DNA from: Alphaproteobacteria bacterium
Lineage (GTDB): Bacteria > Pseudomonadota > Alphaproteobacteria > Bin95
Assembly (NCBI GenBank): GCA_964291285.2
Contig: OZ219787.1
Coordinates: 2,112,001 to 2,176,000 of the forward strand
Length of the DNA stretch: 64,000 bases
Direction: 5' to 3'
Notes under the pieces: generated by a model
What the model saw: the letters and a program-made list of their open reading frames with translations, nothing else
Told to the model about the DNA's origin: nothing
Databases searched by the model: none
Shown here: piece by piece, positions 19,592-30,049 of the stretch
Numbering within the stretch: position 1 is the first letter of the stretch
How the letters are laid out: each line of letters starts with the position of its first letter
Position numbers and translations under genes: made by a program

Positions 19592-20571
19592 ATGGCGGCA
19601 GCGAACGCCACCTTGGCCGTCGAGGGCCTGAAGACGCATTTCTTCACCAAGGCGGGCATCGTCAAGGCCGTGGATGGGGTGAGCTTCGAGGTCGGGCGCG
19701 GCGAGATCATGGGGCTGGTCGGCGAGTCCGGCTCCGGCAAGTCGGTCACCGGCTTCTCGATCATGCGCCTGGTGGACCCGCCGGGCCGGGTGGTCGAGGG
19801 CCGCATCCTCCACAATGGCGAGGACCTTGTCGGGCTGGACGGGGAGCGGATGCGCAATCTTCGCGGCAACCGGATCGCGATGATCTTCCAGGACCCGATG
19901 ATGACCCTGAACCCGGTGTTGCGCATCGAGACGCAGATGGTCGAGGCGGTGCAGGCGCACAATGCGGTCTCGAAGGAGGAGGCCCGCGGCATGGCGCGCG
20001 ACGCGCTCGGCCAGGTCGGCATCCCTTCGCCGGACGAGCGCCTCCGGGCCTATCCGCACCAGTTCTCCGGCGGCATGCGCCAGCGGGTTGCCATCGCCAT
20101 CGCGCTTCTCAACAGACCGGACCTCATCATCGCCGACGAGCCGACCACGGCGCTGGACGTCACCATCCAGGGGCAGATCCTCTACGAGGCGCAGAAGCTC
20201 TGCCGCGAGGCCGGCGCGGCGATGATCTGGATCACGCACGACCTCGCCGTCGTTGCCGGCATCGCGGACCGCATCTGCGTCATGTATGCCGGGCGTATCG
20301 TCGAGCAGGGCGAAACCGGCGACATCATCGACCGGCCGGCGCATCCATACACGCGCGGGCTGATCGGCTCCGTGCCGAGCCGCAACACGCGCGGCGGCAG
20401 GCTGTTCCAGATTCCCGGCATGACGCCCTCGCTGCTGAACCTGGCGCCCGGCTGCGCCTTTCGCGAGCGCTGCCCGGTGGCGGACGGCGCCTGCGCCGTG
20501 GAGCCGGAGACCTCGCACCCGCTGGCCGGCCGGGAGCTTCGCTGCCACCATCCGCAATTGGAGGCCGCGCC

Positions 20572-20575
<4 letters not shown>
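19592..20575 (+). CDS. ABC transporter ATP-binding protein (DppD-like)
   Basis: [21 protein letters not shown]-terminal Cys domain. Confidence 0.95.
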
Positions 20576-21555
<980 letters not shown>

Positions 21556-21594
21556 GCCAGCCGGCAGCCAGGACCCCGGGGAAAGGAAGCGGAG

Positions 21595-22071
21595 ATGAGC
21601 CGGCGCAAGACGCTTTACCTGGCGAACCCCTACGGCTTCTCGGCGCAGCAGAAGGAGGGGCCGCTCCGGGCGCTGGAAGCGGCGCTGGAGGCGGCCGGCG
21701 CGGAGGTTTGGGAGCCCTTCTCGCGCAACAACCAGATCGACCGCGCGGAAGCCGGCTGGGCCTGGCGCATCGCGCAGGCGGACATGCGCGACGTGCGCGA
21801 GGCGGACGGGTTGTTCGCCGTCGTGAACGGTTGCCCGCCGGACGAGGGCGTGATGGTGGAGCTCGGCATGGCGTTCGCCTGGGACAAGCCGGTGTTCCTC
21901 TTCCGCGACGATTTCCGCCGCTGCACCGACAGCGAGCAATACCCCCTCAACCTCATGGTCTTCGCCGGCCTCCCCACCGACGGCTGGGAAGACCACTGGT
22001 ACACCTCAATCGAGGAAATCGCTGACCCTGCGAAGGCGCTGGCACGGTGGTTGGGGACAAGGGATGGATGA
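21595..22071 (+). CDS. Nucleoside 2-deoxyribosyltransferase family protein
   Basis: 'YLANPYGFS', 'D..V..AD', 'DEGVMVELGMA', 'NLM'. Confidence 0.85.
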   Translation: MSRRKTLYLANPYGFSAQQKEGPLRALEAALEAAGAEVWEPFSRNNQIDRAEAGWAWRIAQADMRDVREADGLFAVVNGCPPDEGVMVELGMAFAWDKPVFLFRDDFRRCTDSEQYPLNLMVFAGLPTDGWEDHWYTSIEEIADPAKALARWLGTRDG

Positions 22072-22184
22072 TTACAGCATTTGGTCCCGTGCGCACGAGG
22101 TCCCGCAAGCATTTTTACCAATACGAAAGGCATTGATACGCCCTTCAATTACAAAAGTTTCTTCCATATGAGTGGTCAACACCT

Positions 22185-23162
22185 TTATTGTTTCACAGAA
22201 ATAGAAAAATCGTTATGGTTTTGACTGCAATGATCCAACAGTTTCTTAACCGCTCCAATCGAGGAATGGACATTACGGTTAGTTCCAATATATAGAGGTG
22301 TTTCTTCTACACCTCCTACGACAGAAAATCTTTTCCCAGTAGGGTGTTTAGGGCTGTAATTTACGACATATCGATTTTTGCTGAAGAGAACAGGTGTATT
22401 TTCTTCTGAAAGATAATTATTCAACCACAACCACTTCACAATAGCAGAAACTACCTGATACCAGTGTTTTGCAGGATATTCTGTGCCGTTTGCCATTCTC
22501 ACCGCTTCGGGCTTTACACCTGTTGTCACAACGTATTCGGCAATTGGAATCCAATTTCTAGATGATGACTCAACAAGAGAATCTTGTTTCTGCTGTAAAT
22601 TCTTCGTATTCTCCTTAAAAGATTGATTTTGATCTTGAAATTCATAAGGTGCGATAGGGCTATTTGCCTTTGCGGGATATCCAGATCCTATATTTGGTCG
22701 CCATAAAGCAAGCATACTAAGTGCAATTTCGTGAGTCGGATCGTTGGAGATGGATATATTCAAAATACGTCGTTCCTCTATCGGTTTTTGTTCGAATACT
22801 GAATATAATTGCCAGAGATTTCCATCTGTAATTCCAGCATAAGCTATGCCATCCTCGACAGCGTAACTAAGCATTTGTCTGCGATATTGTTCCAATGATT
22901 CGCCCAATTTCTTTGCCTCCAGAATGGCGGCTGGCTTTCCGTCGTGACGAATCAGAGCGTAATCGGCACGGTGCTTTCCCAACTCCGGGGCGTATTCCGG
23001 CATGACAAGAGAAGGATCAGCCGGGTCCCAGCCGAGTACCGCCAACATTGGATCGATTAGCGCCATTCGGGTGCGAGTTTCATTGGCCCGAAGTTCGGTA
23101 CTGTGATTTGCCAATCGTGCCTTCAGTCGCTCTATGGTATCGACCAAGTCTTGTAACAACAT
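22185..23162 (-). CDS. PD-(D/E)xK nuclease of the type I HsdR N-terminal-like family with an extra C-terminal domain
   Basis: 'NETRTRMALIDPML..LGWD...PEY...ADYAL...LEAKK...TDGNLW'; visibly AT-rich compared with flanks. Confidence 0.8.
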   Translation of the reverse strand: MLLQDLVDTIERLKARLANHSTELRANETRTRMALIDPMLAVLGWDPADPSLVMPEYAPELGKHRADYALIRHDGKPAAILEAKKLGESLEQYRRQMLSYAVEDGIAYAGITDGNLWQLYSVFEQKPIEERRILNISISNDPTHEIALSMLALWRPNIGSGYPAKANSPIAPYEFQDQNQSFKENTKNLQQKQDSLVESSSRNWIPIAEYVVTTGVKPEAVRMANGTEYPAKHWYQVVSAIVKWLWLNNYLSEENTPVLFSKNRYVVNYSPKHPTGKRFSVVGGVEETPLYIGTNRNVHSSIGAVKKLLDHCSQNHNDFSISVKQ

Positions 23163-23177
23163 CAGTTCTCTCTCCTG

Positions 23178-23657
23178 TCACCCTTCCAAATCACCGTGGA
23201 TGGCGAATTGTTCGAGGCCGGCGTCCTGGGGCTTGATCGAGCGGAAGCTTTCGCGGACGCCGGCTTCGGTGAGTTCGCGCGCGACCGTCAGCAGGGTGTT
23301 GGGGTCGTGGTCCTCGCAGAGCTCGGCCATGTGCTCCAGTTCCTCCCTGGCGACGGGCAGCGCCGCCTCGACCGAGGGCGCGCCGTAAATCTGGACGAAA
23401 TGCCCGGCGAGCCGCGCCGCCAGCGCCTCGAATTCCTCCTCCCGGACCGCGGTGACGGCGACGAAGGTGACGCGCCCGAAGGTCTCGACGCCGAGCCAGC
23501 CATTGGCGAAGGCCTGCCGCGCCTTGCCGACAAGGTCCGCCTCGGACCAGTTGGAGAACTCGAATCCGCCCGGAACGCACCACTCGCCCGTGCGCGCCGG
23601 GCTGTGGAAGATGCGCAGGTCGCTTTCGTCGAAATGGATGGCGCGCGCGAGATTCAC
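23178..23657 (-). CDS. Conserved hypothetical protein (DUF6505-like)
   Basis: 'LARAIHFDESD...GEWCVPGGFEF...RQAFANGWLG'; coupled to upstream gene. Confidence 0.7.
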   Translation of the reverse strand: MNLARAIHFDESDLRIFHSPARTGEWCVPGGFEFSNWSEADLVGKARQAFANGWLGVETFGRVTFVAVTAVREEEFEALAARLAGHFVQIYGAPSVEAALPVAREELEHMAELCEDHDPNTLLTVARELTEAGVRESFRSIKPQDAGLEQFAIHGDLEG

Positions 23658-24370
23658 GTCTCTTCTCCCCGCTCCAGCAGGCCGGAGAGCGGCAGCAGGC
23701 TCGTCGTCCCGCCCTCGCGCAGCAGCATGCCGAAGCGCTCGTCTATGCCGACGAAGAGCCCTGTCCGCCCGCCGACGGCGGCTTCCTCGCCGATGCCGTG
23801 GGCAAGCCCGCGCCACTCCCCGTGCAGCGGCGCCGCACCGTCGTCGGACCAGCGGTTGATCCAGACCAGCGTGTGGCGCGACCAGCTCTCCAGCAGCGCA
23901 TCGGGCGCAACCTCCACGCAGCCCTCCTCATAGAGCGAGGTCCGGTCCGGCGCGGCGCCGGGCGCGTCCGCGTCCTCGGCGATGAGCGGCACTTCGAGGC
24001 CCACAACCAGCCAGTCGGGCACCTCGTCGGGCCCGCAGTCGGAAGCGTCGGCGCGCAGCCGCCCGCAGGAGGCGCCGTTCACGAGGATGCCGCCCTCCCA
24101 GGTGAGATGCACGGCGACCTCGGGCGGCGCCAGTGCGCCGAGCGCATTCTGGAACCCGACCCCGCAGGCCGGCAGCATCGCCATCGCGTCCTCCAGCGGC
24201 ACTTCCGGCGCGAACACGATGGCGGCCTTCAGCCAGTCGGCGCCGATATTGTGGAAGATCGACCCGCCGTCGCAGCCCAGCGCCGCCGAGGCGCAGGCCT
24301 TGGCGAAGGGGTCGATGCGGCCCTCGACCGCATGGCCCGTGAACAGCGGCGGGAAGACCGGCTCGCTCAT
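23654..24370 (-). CDS. Biotin/lipoate-protein ligase-like protein
   Basis: 'AIVFAPEVPL...ALGALAPPEV...VNGASCG...LLESWSRHTL'; BPL-like C-terminus. Confidence 0.75.
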   Translation of the reverse strand: MSEPVFPPLFTGHAVEGRIDPFAKACASAALGCDGGSIFHNIGADWLKAAIVFAPEVPLEDAMAMLPACGVGFQNALGALAPPEVAVHLTWEGGILVNGASCGRLRADASDCGPDEVPDWLVVGLEVPLIAEDADAPGAAPDRTSLYEEGCVEVAPDALLESWSRHTLVWINRWSDDGAAPLHGEWRGLAHGIGEEAAVGGRTGLFVGIDERFGMLLREGGTTSLLPLSGLLERGEET

Positions 24371-25434
24371 CCGGCCCCGGTCTCGATCAGGTGCTGTGCG
24401 ACCTGGCGGAAGGCCGCTGCTTCGGGAGAGGCGGGCTTCGACACCACGATGGGCGCGCCGCCGTCGGACGCCAGCCGGATGCCGAGCGCCAGCGGAATCT
24501 CGGCGAGCAGCGGGATGCCGAGCTTCTCCGCCTCGGCGCGCACGCCGCCATGGCCGAACAGATGCTCCTCATGCCCGCAATTGGAGCAGATATGGGTGCT
24601 CATGTTCTCGATCATGCCGAGGATCGGCACCGACATCTTGCGGAACATGTCGACGCCCTTGCGCGCGTCCAGCAAGGCCACGTCCTGCGGGGTGGAAACG
24701 ACGATGGCGCCGGTGACCTCGGCGTTCTGCGAGAGCGTCATCGGCACGTCGCCCGTGCCGGGCGGCAGGTCCGCCAGCAGCACATCGAGCGCGCCCCACT
24801 GCACCTGGTTCATCATCTGCTGCAGCGCGCCCATCAGCATCGGTCCGCGCCAGACCACCGCCTCGTCCTCGCGCGTCATCAGCCCGATGGACATCATGGT
24901 GACGCCGTGGTTGCGCAGCGGCAGGATGGTCTTGCCGTCGGGCGAGGCCGGGCGCCCGGAAACGCCGAGCATCCTTGGCTGCGACGGCCCGTAGACATCG
25001 GCGTCGAGCAGGCCGACGCGGCGCCCCTCGGCCGCCAGCGCCGCGGCGAGATTGGCGGTCACGGTAGACTTGCCGACGCCGCCCTTGCCGGACGCAACGG
25101 CGACGATGCGGTCCACGCCCGGTATCTGGCGCGGCCCGGCGGGCTCCGAGCGGCGGCCGATATTGAGCTCCGGCCCCGGCGCCGCTTCGCGGTGGGCGGT
25201 CATCACGGCGGACACCTGCTCGACGCCCGGCACCGCGCGCACCGCTGCCTCCGCCTCCGCGCGCACACCCTCCATGATCTCGGCGCGGGCCGGGTCGATC
25301 TCCAGCACGAAACGCACCGTGTCGCCATCCACCGTCAGCGCCCGGACCGGGCCGGCGGAGACGAGGTCCTGCCCGCTGATCGGATCGGTAACGCCCTTGA
25401 GCGCCGCCAGCACCTCCTCGCGCGTTGCGGTCAT
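24367..25434 (-). CDS. apbC: Mrp/NBP35 (ApbC) Fe-S cluster carrier ATPase
   Basis: ASGKGGVGKS, DADVYGPS, WRGPM, DLPPGTGD, ENMS...CSNC. Confidence 0.93.
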   Translation of the reverse strand: MTATREEVLAALKGVTDPISGQDLVSAGPVRALTVDGDTVRFVLEIDPARAEIMEGVRAEAEAAVRAVPGVEQVSAVMTAHREAAPGPELNIGRRSEPAGPRQIPGVDRIVAVASGKGGVGKSTVTANLAAALAAEGRRVGLLDADVYGPSQPRMLGVSGRPASPDGKTILPLRNHGVTMMSIGLMTREDEAVVWRGPMLMGALQQMMNQVQWGALDVLLADLPPGTGDVPMTLSQNAEVTGAIVVSTPQDVALLDARKGVDMFRKMSVPILGMIENMSTHICSNCGHEEHLFGHGGVRAEAEKLGIPLLAEIPLALGIRLASDGGAPIVVSKPASPEAAAFRQVAQHLIETGAG

Positions 25435-25634
25435 CCGGCCTTCCCGTCGATGCGTCCCTCGACGCTGTGGGAAAGATCGAGTTCGTCGATGGTCAGCACC
25501 ATGCGGGCGGTAAAGCTCTTCCCCGCCGTCCGCTCCTCCCCGGCGCTGCGCATCGCTTCCTCGATCGCCTGCTGGGAGGTGACGCCGACCTGCTTCAGGA
25601 ATTTGCGCATCGACATGTTGAAATCGCCACTCAT
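25431..25634 (-). CDS. Small conserved protein (DUF6494-like)
   Basis: 'FNMSMRKFLKQVGVTSQQAIE'; GGAGG RBS; ATGA overlap with mrp. Confidence 0.75.
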   Translation of the reverse strand: MSGDFNMSMRKFLKQVGVTSQQAIEEAMRSAGEERTAGKSFTARMVLTIDELDLSHSVEGRIDGKAG

Positions 25635-25670
25635 CGGAACCTCCTCCTGCTCCGCCGTCCGGTTTCATGC

Positions 25671-25703
25671 GAGTTTAGCGGAGTTTAGCGAAGTTTAGCG
25701 AAG
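25671..25703. repeat. Three tandem 10-bp direct repeats (G/A)AGTTTAGCG in a divergent intergenic region
   Basis: gagtttagcg gagtttagcg aagtttagcg aag. Confidence 0.9.
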
Positions 25704-25759
25704 ACTCCCCGCAAAGTCCGCGTGGCTGCTACGCTAGCCGCTTCCTCGGCGCGGGAGGA

Positions 25760-26533
25760 ATGGCGATGTCGATCCGGTGGAGACTCGGACTGGCCGCAAT
25801 GTTCATGCTGGCGGTGGCCGGCGCGGAGGCTGAGGAGCGCCGCATAACGGTGGCGGCGAGCCCCGAGCTGATCGAGAGCGGGCTTTTGAAGCACATGCTG
25901 CCACGGTTCTCGCTGAAGACCGGCATCCGGACGACCCCGGTCCCGCTCGAACCCGGCGTCGGGGCGGACATGCTCATCGGTCCGGCGGTGGACGGAGGCC
26001 GCCCGGTCTTCCGCGGCGGGGAGACGGTCTATCTGGCCGGCCCCGGCGCGGGCGCGAAACAGGCGCTGGCGGAACGCTTCCTCGACTGGCTCGCTTCCGA
26101 CATCGGCCAGCGCACGGTGGCGTCCTTCGCGCCGGACGGGAAACAGCTCTACGAGCCGGCGGCGGGCGCCAGGGTGGAAGTGAAGGGTCCGGCGGTGACG
26201 GGCGATGCGCTGGCGGGCGAGCGTCTGGCGCTGGTCCATTGCGGGCGCTGCCACGTGGTCGGGGAGAAGAACCGCATGGGGGGCATTGGTTCGACGCCGT
26301 CCTTCGCCGTGCTGCGCACGCTCGGCGACTGGGAGCGGCGCTTCCGGGCGTTTTTCACGCTCAACCCGCATCCGGCCTTCACGCAGGTCCCCGGCGTCAC
26401 GCCGCCCTTTGACGAGGCGCGTCCGCCGCCGATCGCACCGCTGGAGATCACGCTCGCCGACATCGACGCGATCCTGGCCTATGCCGCCTCGCTCGCCCCG
26501 GCGGAGCTCGCCGAGCCGCTCAAATACGAGTAG
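25760..26533 (+). CDS. Exported protein with a TupA-like fragment and a c-type cytochrome domain
   Basis: Signal peptide; 'ESGLLKHMLPRF' and 'FLDWLASDIGQ' resemble TupA termini; CGRCH haem motif. Confidence 0.7.
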   Translation: MAMSIRWRLGLAAMFMLAVAGAEAEERRITVAASPELIESGLLKHMLPRFSLKTGIRTTPVPLEPGVGADMLIGPAVDGGRPVFRGGETVYLAGPGAGAKQALAERFLDWLASDIGQRTVASFAPDGKQLYEPAAGARVEVKGPAVTGDALAGERLALVHCGRCHVVGEKNRMGGIGSTPSFAVLRTLGDWERRFRAFFTLNPHPAFTQVPGVTPPFDEARPPPIAPLEITLADIDAILAYAASLAPAELAEPLKYE

Positions 26534-27671
26534 CGCCGCCCGCCGCGCCACGATAATGCGCGGCCAGCCGGCCCGAGAGCGCCAACACCGTGTCGAGCTC
26601 CCGCCTCCCGGACCAGGCGGCGAACTCGCCCAGCCCGATGGCGGCGTCGCCGTCTCCGCCGAGCAGCAGCACGGCATCGCCGACCGCGGCGTCCTCGACA
26701 TCCGAGAGGTCGAGGGTCAGATGCTCGAGCGACACGGCCAGGACCGGCGCCCGCCGGCCGCGTATCAGCGCCTCCGGCCGGCTGCCCGGCGCGGGCCGGG
26801 CCAGGCCCTGTGCGGCGCCGACGGGCGCGACGCCGGTGCGCCGGCCGCGGCGTATGCCATAGCCGCCGGCGATGGCGATATCGCTTCCCTGCGGGTGATC
26901 AGACACCTGCACGAGCCGGCTCCCGACCTCGGCAAGGACCGGCTTGAACGCGGATACGTCCGCAACCGAGGCCTCGGCGAAGGGCGACAGGCCGTAGAGC
27001 AGGTGGCCGACGCAGACCGCATTGGACCGGTCGGGCAGTCCGGCGGCGACGGAGGCGCTGGCGCCCGCCTGGGTGACCGGCGGCGCCAGCCCGCGCGCTT
27101 CGAGGCGCGCAAGCAGCGCGTCGAAGGCAGCGAACCGTTCCCTGGCCCAGTCGCGCCCGCGCGCATCGCCGAAGGGCAGATGCGTATAGAGCCCCTGCAC
27201 CTCAAGGCCCGGCATGGCGGCGAGACCGGCAAGGAAGCCCTCGGCCTCCTCGAGCGGCACGCCGAGCCGGCCCAGACCGGCATTGACCTTGACATAGGCC
27301 GGGGCCGGCTTCCCCGCCGCCACACGCGCCGCGGCTTCGGCTCCCGCCCGGTCCACGATTGTCGGCACCAGCCCGGCGCCCACGAGATCGGCCATGCCTT
27401 CCGGCAGTGCGCCGGCGAACATGACGACGGGCGTGCGCAGCCCCTCCGCGCGCAGCCGGCAGGCCTCGTCGAAGGAGCCGGTCATGAACGCCGCGAACCC
27501 CTCGCGGTCGAGCGCCCGCGCCACGGGCGCGGCGCCATGTCCGTAGGCATTGCCCTTGAGCGCGGCGATGCAGGCCTGTCCGGGCGCGCACCGGCGGCGG
27601 ATCGCGGCGAGATTGGCCAGCAGCCGGTCCAGATCGTAAACGGTCCAGCCGGGATGCGCGGCTTCCGACAT
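26520..27671 (-). CDS. Alanine racemase family PLP enzyme (divergent)
   Basis: 'KGNAYGHG', 'VKVNAGLGRLG', 'GLYTH', 'GHLLYG'. Confidence 0.85.
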   Translation of the reverse strand: MSEAAHPGWTVYDLDRLLANLAAIRRRCAPGQACIAALKGNAYGHGAAPVARALDREGFAAFMTGSFDEACRLRAEGLRTPVVMFAGALPEGMADLVGAGLVPTIVDRAGAEAAARVAAGKPAPAYVKVNAGLGRLGVPLEEAEGFLAGLAAMPGLEVQGLYTHLPFGDARGRDWARERFAAFDALLARLEARGLAPPVTQAGASASVAAGLPDRSNAVCVGHLLYGLSPFAEASVADVSAFKPVLAEVGSRLVQVSDHPQGSDIAIAGGYGIRRGRRTGVAPVGAAQGLARPAPGSRPEALIRGRRAPVLAVSLEHLTLDLSDVEDAAVGDAVLLLGGDGDAAIGLGEFAAWSGRRELDTVLALSGRLAAHYRGAAGGATRI

Positions 27672-27902
27672 GCGATCTCCCTCCCCGGAACGCGCCCGCG
27701 GCCGGGCGCATGCCCTTGCGGTTCCTTCGCGCTTGCGAAGCGAAAAGGCGGCCTCCGAATCCGCCTTCGCTTTGCCGGCACATTACCACGGCTTTTCCGC
27801 GTTCGGCCCCGGCGCGGGCGGCGCGCAGGCAGTATGGCGCGGGGCTCTCGAATCGCTGCTAGGGTCCCGGCGGTCGAACCCGGTGCCTGCTGACGACAGA
27901 CG

Positions 27903-28538
27903 ATGAAGAGGCCGCCCCCTCCCTCTCGCATTGCTTTGCCGGGTTTCCGCAGGCTTGCGCCCTGGGCCGTCCTGCTCGCCCTTCCCGCCTGTTCCGGCGT
28001 CATCGACAACTCCGAACAGCCTGTTACGGTCTTCACCGACCCTCCGGGCGCTTACTGTGTGCTGAGCCGCAACGGCGCAACGGTCGGTGTCGTATCGCCC
28101 TCCCCGGGCCTTCTGCATGTGGGCAACAGCAAGCACGACATTTCGGTTCGCTGCTCCAAGGCCCTGCACGAGGACGAAACCGCCGTGCTTGCCGCATCCC
28201 GCCGGGACCTGACCATCGGCCAGATCGTGGTGAAGGGGGCGATCGGCCTTGCCGTCGATGCGGGCACTGGCGCAACGCACGAATATCCGTCCTCGATAAC
28301 GGTCTTCCTGGCCCCGCTCTCATTCGAGAACGCCGAAAAGCGGGACCGCCATTACGCCCGCCTGAAGACGCGAGTCGCCAGGGACGCAACGGCCGCAATC
28401 GCCCGAATCGAAAAGAATTGCGCCGAGCCGCTGACGCGTCTTTGCAAGAACAGGATAAGCGCCGTCAAAGCCGCCAGGGATGCCGACATCGACGATCTCG
28501 AAGCCAAGCGGCGGAGGGCGAAAATCGGGCGCGGCTAG
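27903..28538 (+). CDS. Hypothetical lipoprotein
   Basis: Lipobox-like LPAC; 'TDPPGAYC' PEGA-like segment; Gly-rich hairpin. Confidence 0.65.
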   Translation: MKRPPPPSRIALPGFRRLAPWAVLLALPACSGVIDNSEQPVTVFTDPPGAYCVLSRNGATVGVVSPSPGLLHVGNSKHDISVRCSKALHEDETAVLAASRRDLTIGQIVVKGAIGLAVDAGTGATHEYPSSITVFLAPLSFENAEKRDRHYARLKTRVARDATAAIARIEKNCAEPLTRLCKNRISAVKAARDADIDDLEAKRRRAKIGRG

Positions 28539-28660
28539 CCGGGCCGGCGGCCAGGCGGCTTTCGGCCATGAACGGCGGCGTTTTCGTTTTCGGACGCGCG
28601 GACTATATGACCTTGCGCCGGGCGCGTTCGAAACGCTGACCGCCCCGGCCCGGGCGGGAG

Positions 28661-29704
28661 GTGCCGGTCCAGCCGATGTTCGAGACGCTGGGATTCGAGG
28701 AGACGACGCCGCTTGCGGCCTCCGTCCTGTTCGGGCTGGCGCTGGGCGGCCTCTACGGCGTGCTGGCGCAGCGCAGCGCCTTCTGCCTCCGCCGGAGCCT
28801 GGTCGGCCGGTGGCGCGACTGCCTTCCCGCGCTGGGCGCCTGGGCGATGGCGCTGGCCACGGCGATTGCCGGAACCCGGCTGGCGGTTGCGATGGACCTG
28901 GTTTCCTTCGAGGCGCACCGCTTTCTCGCGGCGGACGTTCCGGTCCTGTCCGCGCTGCTGGGCGGCGCGCTGTTCGGGACCGGCATGGTGCTGGCCGGAG
29001 GATGCGTGTCGCGCCTCACCGTGCTCACCGGCAGCGGCAATCTGCGCGCCCTCTTCGTGCTGGTCGTCTTTGCGATAACCGCCCATGCAGCGATGAAGGG
29101 GGTGCTGGCGCCGCTGCGCCAGGTGCTCGGAGAGGCCAGCGTCTATGGCGGCGAGGCGCCGGCGCTCACGGTCCTGCCCGGCGGAGAAGCCTGGCCGCTC
29201 GTCCTCGCGCTGCTGGCGGCGGTCTTCGCGCTGCGTTCCGGCGCGCCGGCCTCCCGGCTGGCGATGGCGGGCGCAATCGGCCTGCTGGTGCCGCTCGGCT
29301 GGGTCGGCACGGGCTTCCTGCTGCTCGACGATTTCGACCCGATTCCGCTCCAGTCGATGGGCTTTACGGGGCCGACGGCCGACACCCTGTTCTGGGCCGT
29401 GGCGGCGACCTCCATTCCGGCCGGCTTCGGTACCGGGCTTGCAGCGGGGGTCGTTGCCGGCAGCCTGGCCGCGGCGCTCGCGGCGGGCGAGTTCCGCTGG
29501 GAGAGCCTCGAAAGCCCCCGGCAGACCGGGCGCTACCTTGCCGGCGCCGTGATGATGGGAGCGGGCGGCGTGCTGGCGGGCGGCTGCACGGTCGGCGCGG
29601 GCCTCTCCGGCGTGTCCACCGCCAGCCTTGCGGCCCTGCTGGCGCTTGCCGCCATGGCTGCCTCGGCGAGGGTTGCGGGCGCGGTTTTCGCCGGCCGCCG
29701 CTGA
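28661..29704 (+). CDS. YeeE/YedE family sulfur-compound transporter
   Basis: 'RSAFCL', 'GMVLAGGC', 'LAGGCTVG'; many TMs; start may be 28676. Confidence 0.9.
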   Translation: MPVQPMFETLGFEETTPLAASVLFGLALGGLYGVLAQRSAFCLRRSLVGRWRDCLPALGAWAMALATAIAGTRLAVAMDLVSFEAHRFLAADVPVLSALLGGALFGTGMVLAGGCVSRLTVLTGSGNLRALFVLVVFAITAHAAMKGVLAPLRQVLGEASVYGGEAPALTVLPGGEAWPLVLALLAAVFALRSGAPASRLAMAGAIGLLVPLGWVGTGFLLLDDFDPIPLQSMGFTGPTADTLFWAVAATSIPAGFGTGLAAGVVAGSLAAALAAGEFRWESLESPRQTGRYLAGAVMMGAGGVLAGGCTVGAGLSGVSTASLAALLALAAMAASARVAGAVFAGRR

Positions 29705-29712
29705 GGCGTGCC

Positions 29713-30039
29713 CTACTCGACGGCGATTTTCCTGCTGAGGCTGTAGATCGAGCCGTCATCGTCGCGCCATTCGAATTCGAGCAGGCCCGACTCGGGCAGG
29801 GACAGCTCGAACCGGATATAGGGATCGCTCGAGACCGCCGGCTCCAGCGCGACGGAGAGCGCCTCCTCGCCGTTGAACCGCACCGTGAAGCTGTTGACGA
29901 TCCAGCGGGGTATCGGCTTGCCGTCGCGGTCGCGGCGCAGCCCCGTGTGCATCGGGTGGGTAATTTTCGTCCTGACCGTGAAGGGCGTGTTCGCCTCGAC
30001 CGATTTCGGAAGCTTTACGCGGGGAGTGGATTTCGCCAT
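29713..30039 (-). CDS. soxZ: Thiosulfate oxidation carrier complex protein SoxZ
   Basis: 'HPMHTGLRRD..G..IP', 'AVSSDPY..F', 'W.DDDG'. Confidence 0.88.
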   Translation of the reverse strand: MAKSTPRVKLPKSVEANTPFTVRTKITHPMHTGLRRDRDGKPIPRWIVNSFTVRFNGEEALSVALEPAVSSDPYIRFELSLPESGLLEFEWRDDDGSIYSLSRKIAVE

Positions 30040-30049
30040 GTCCGGCCCC

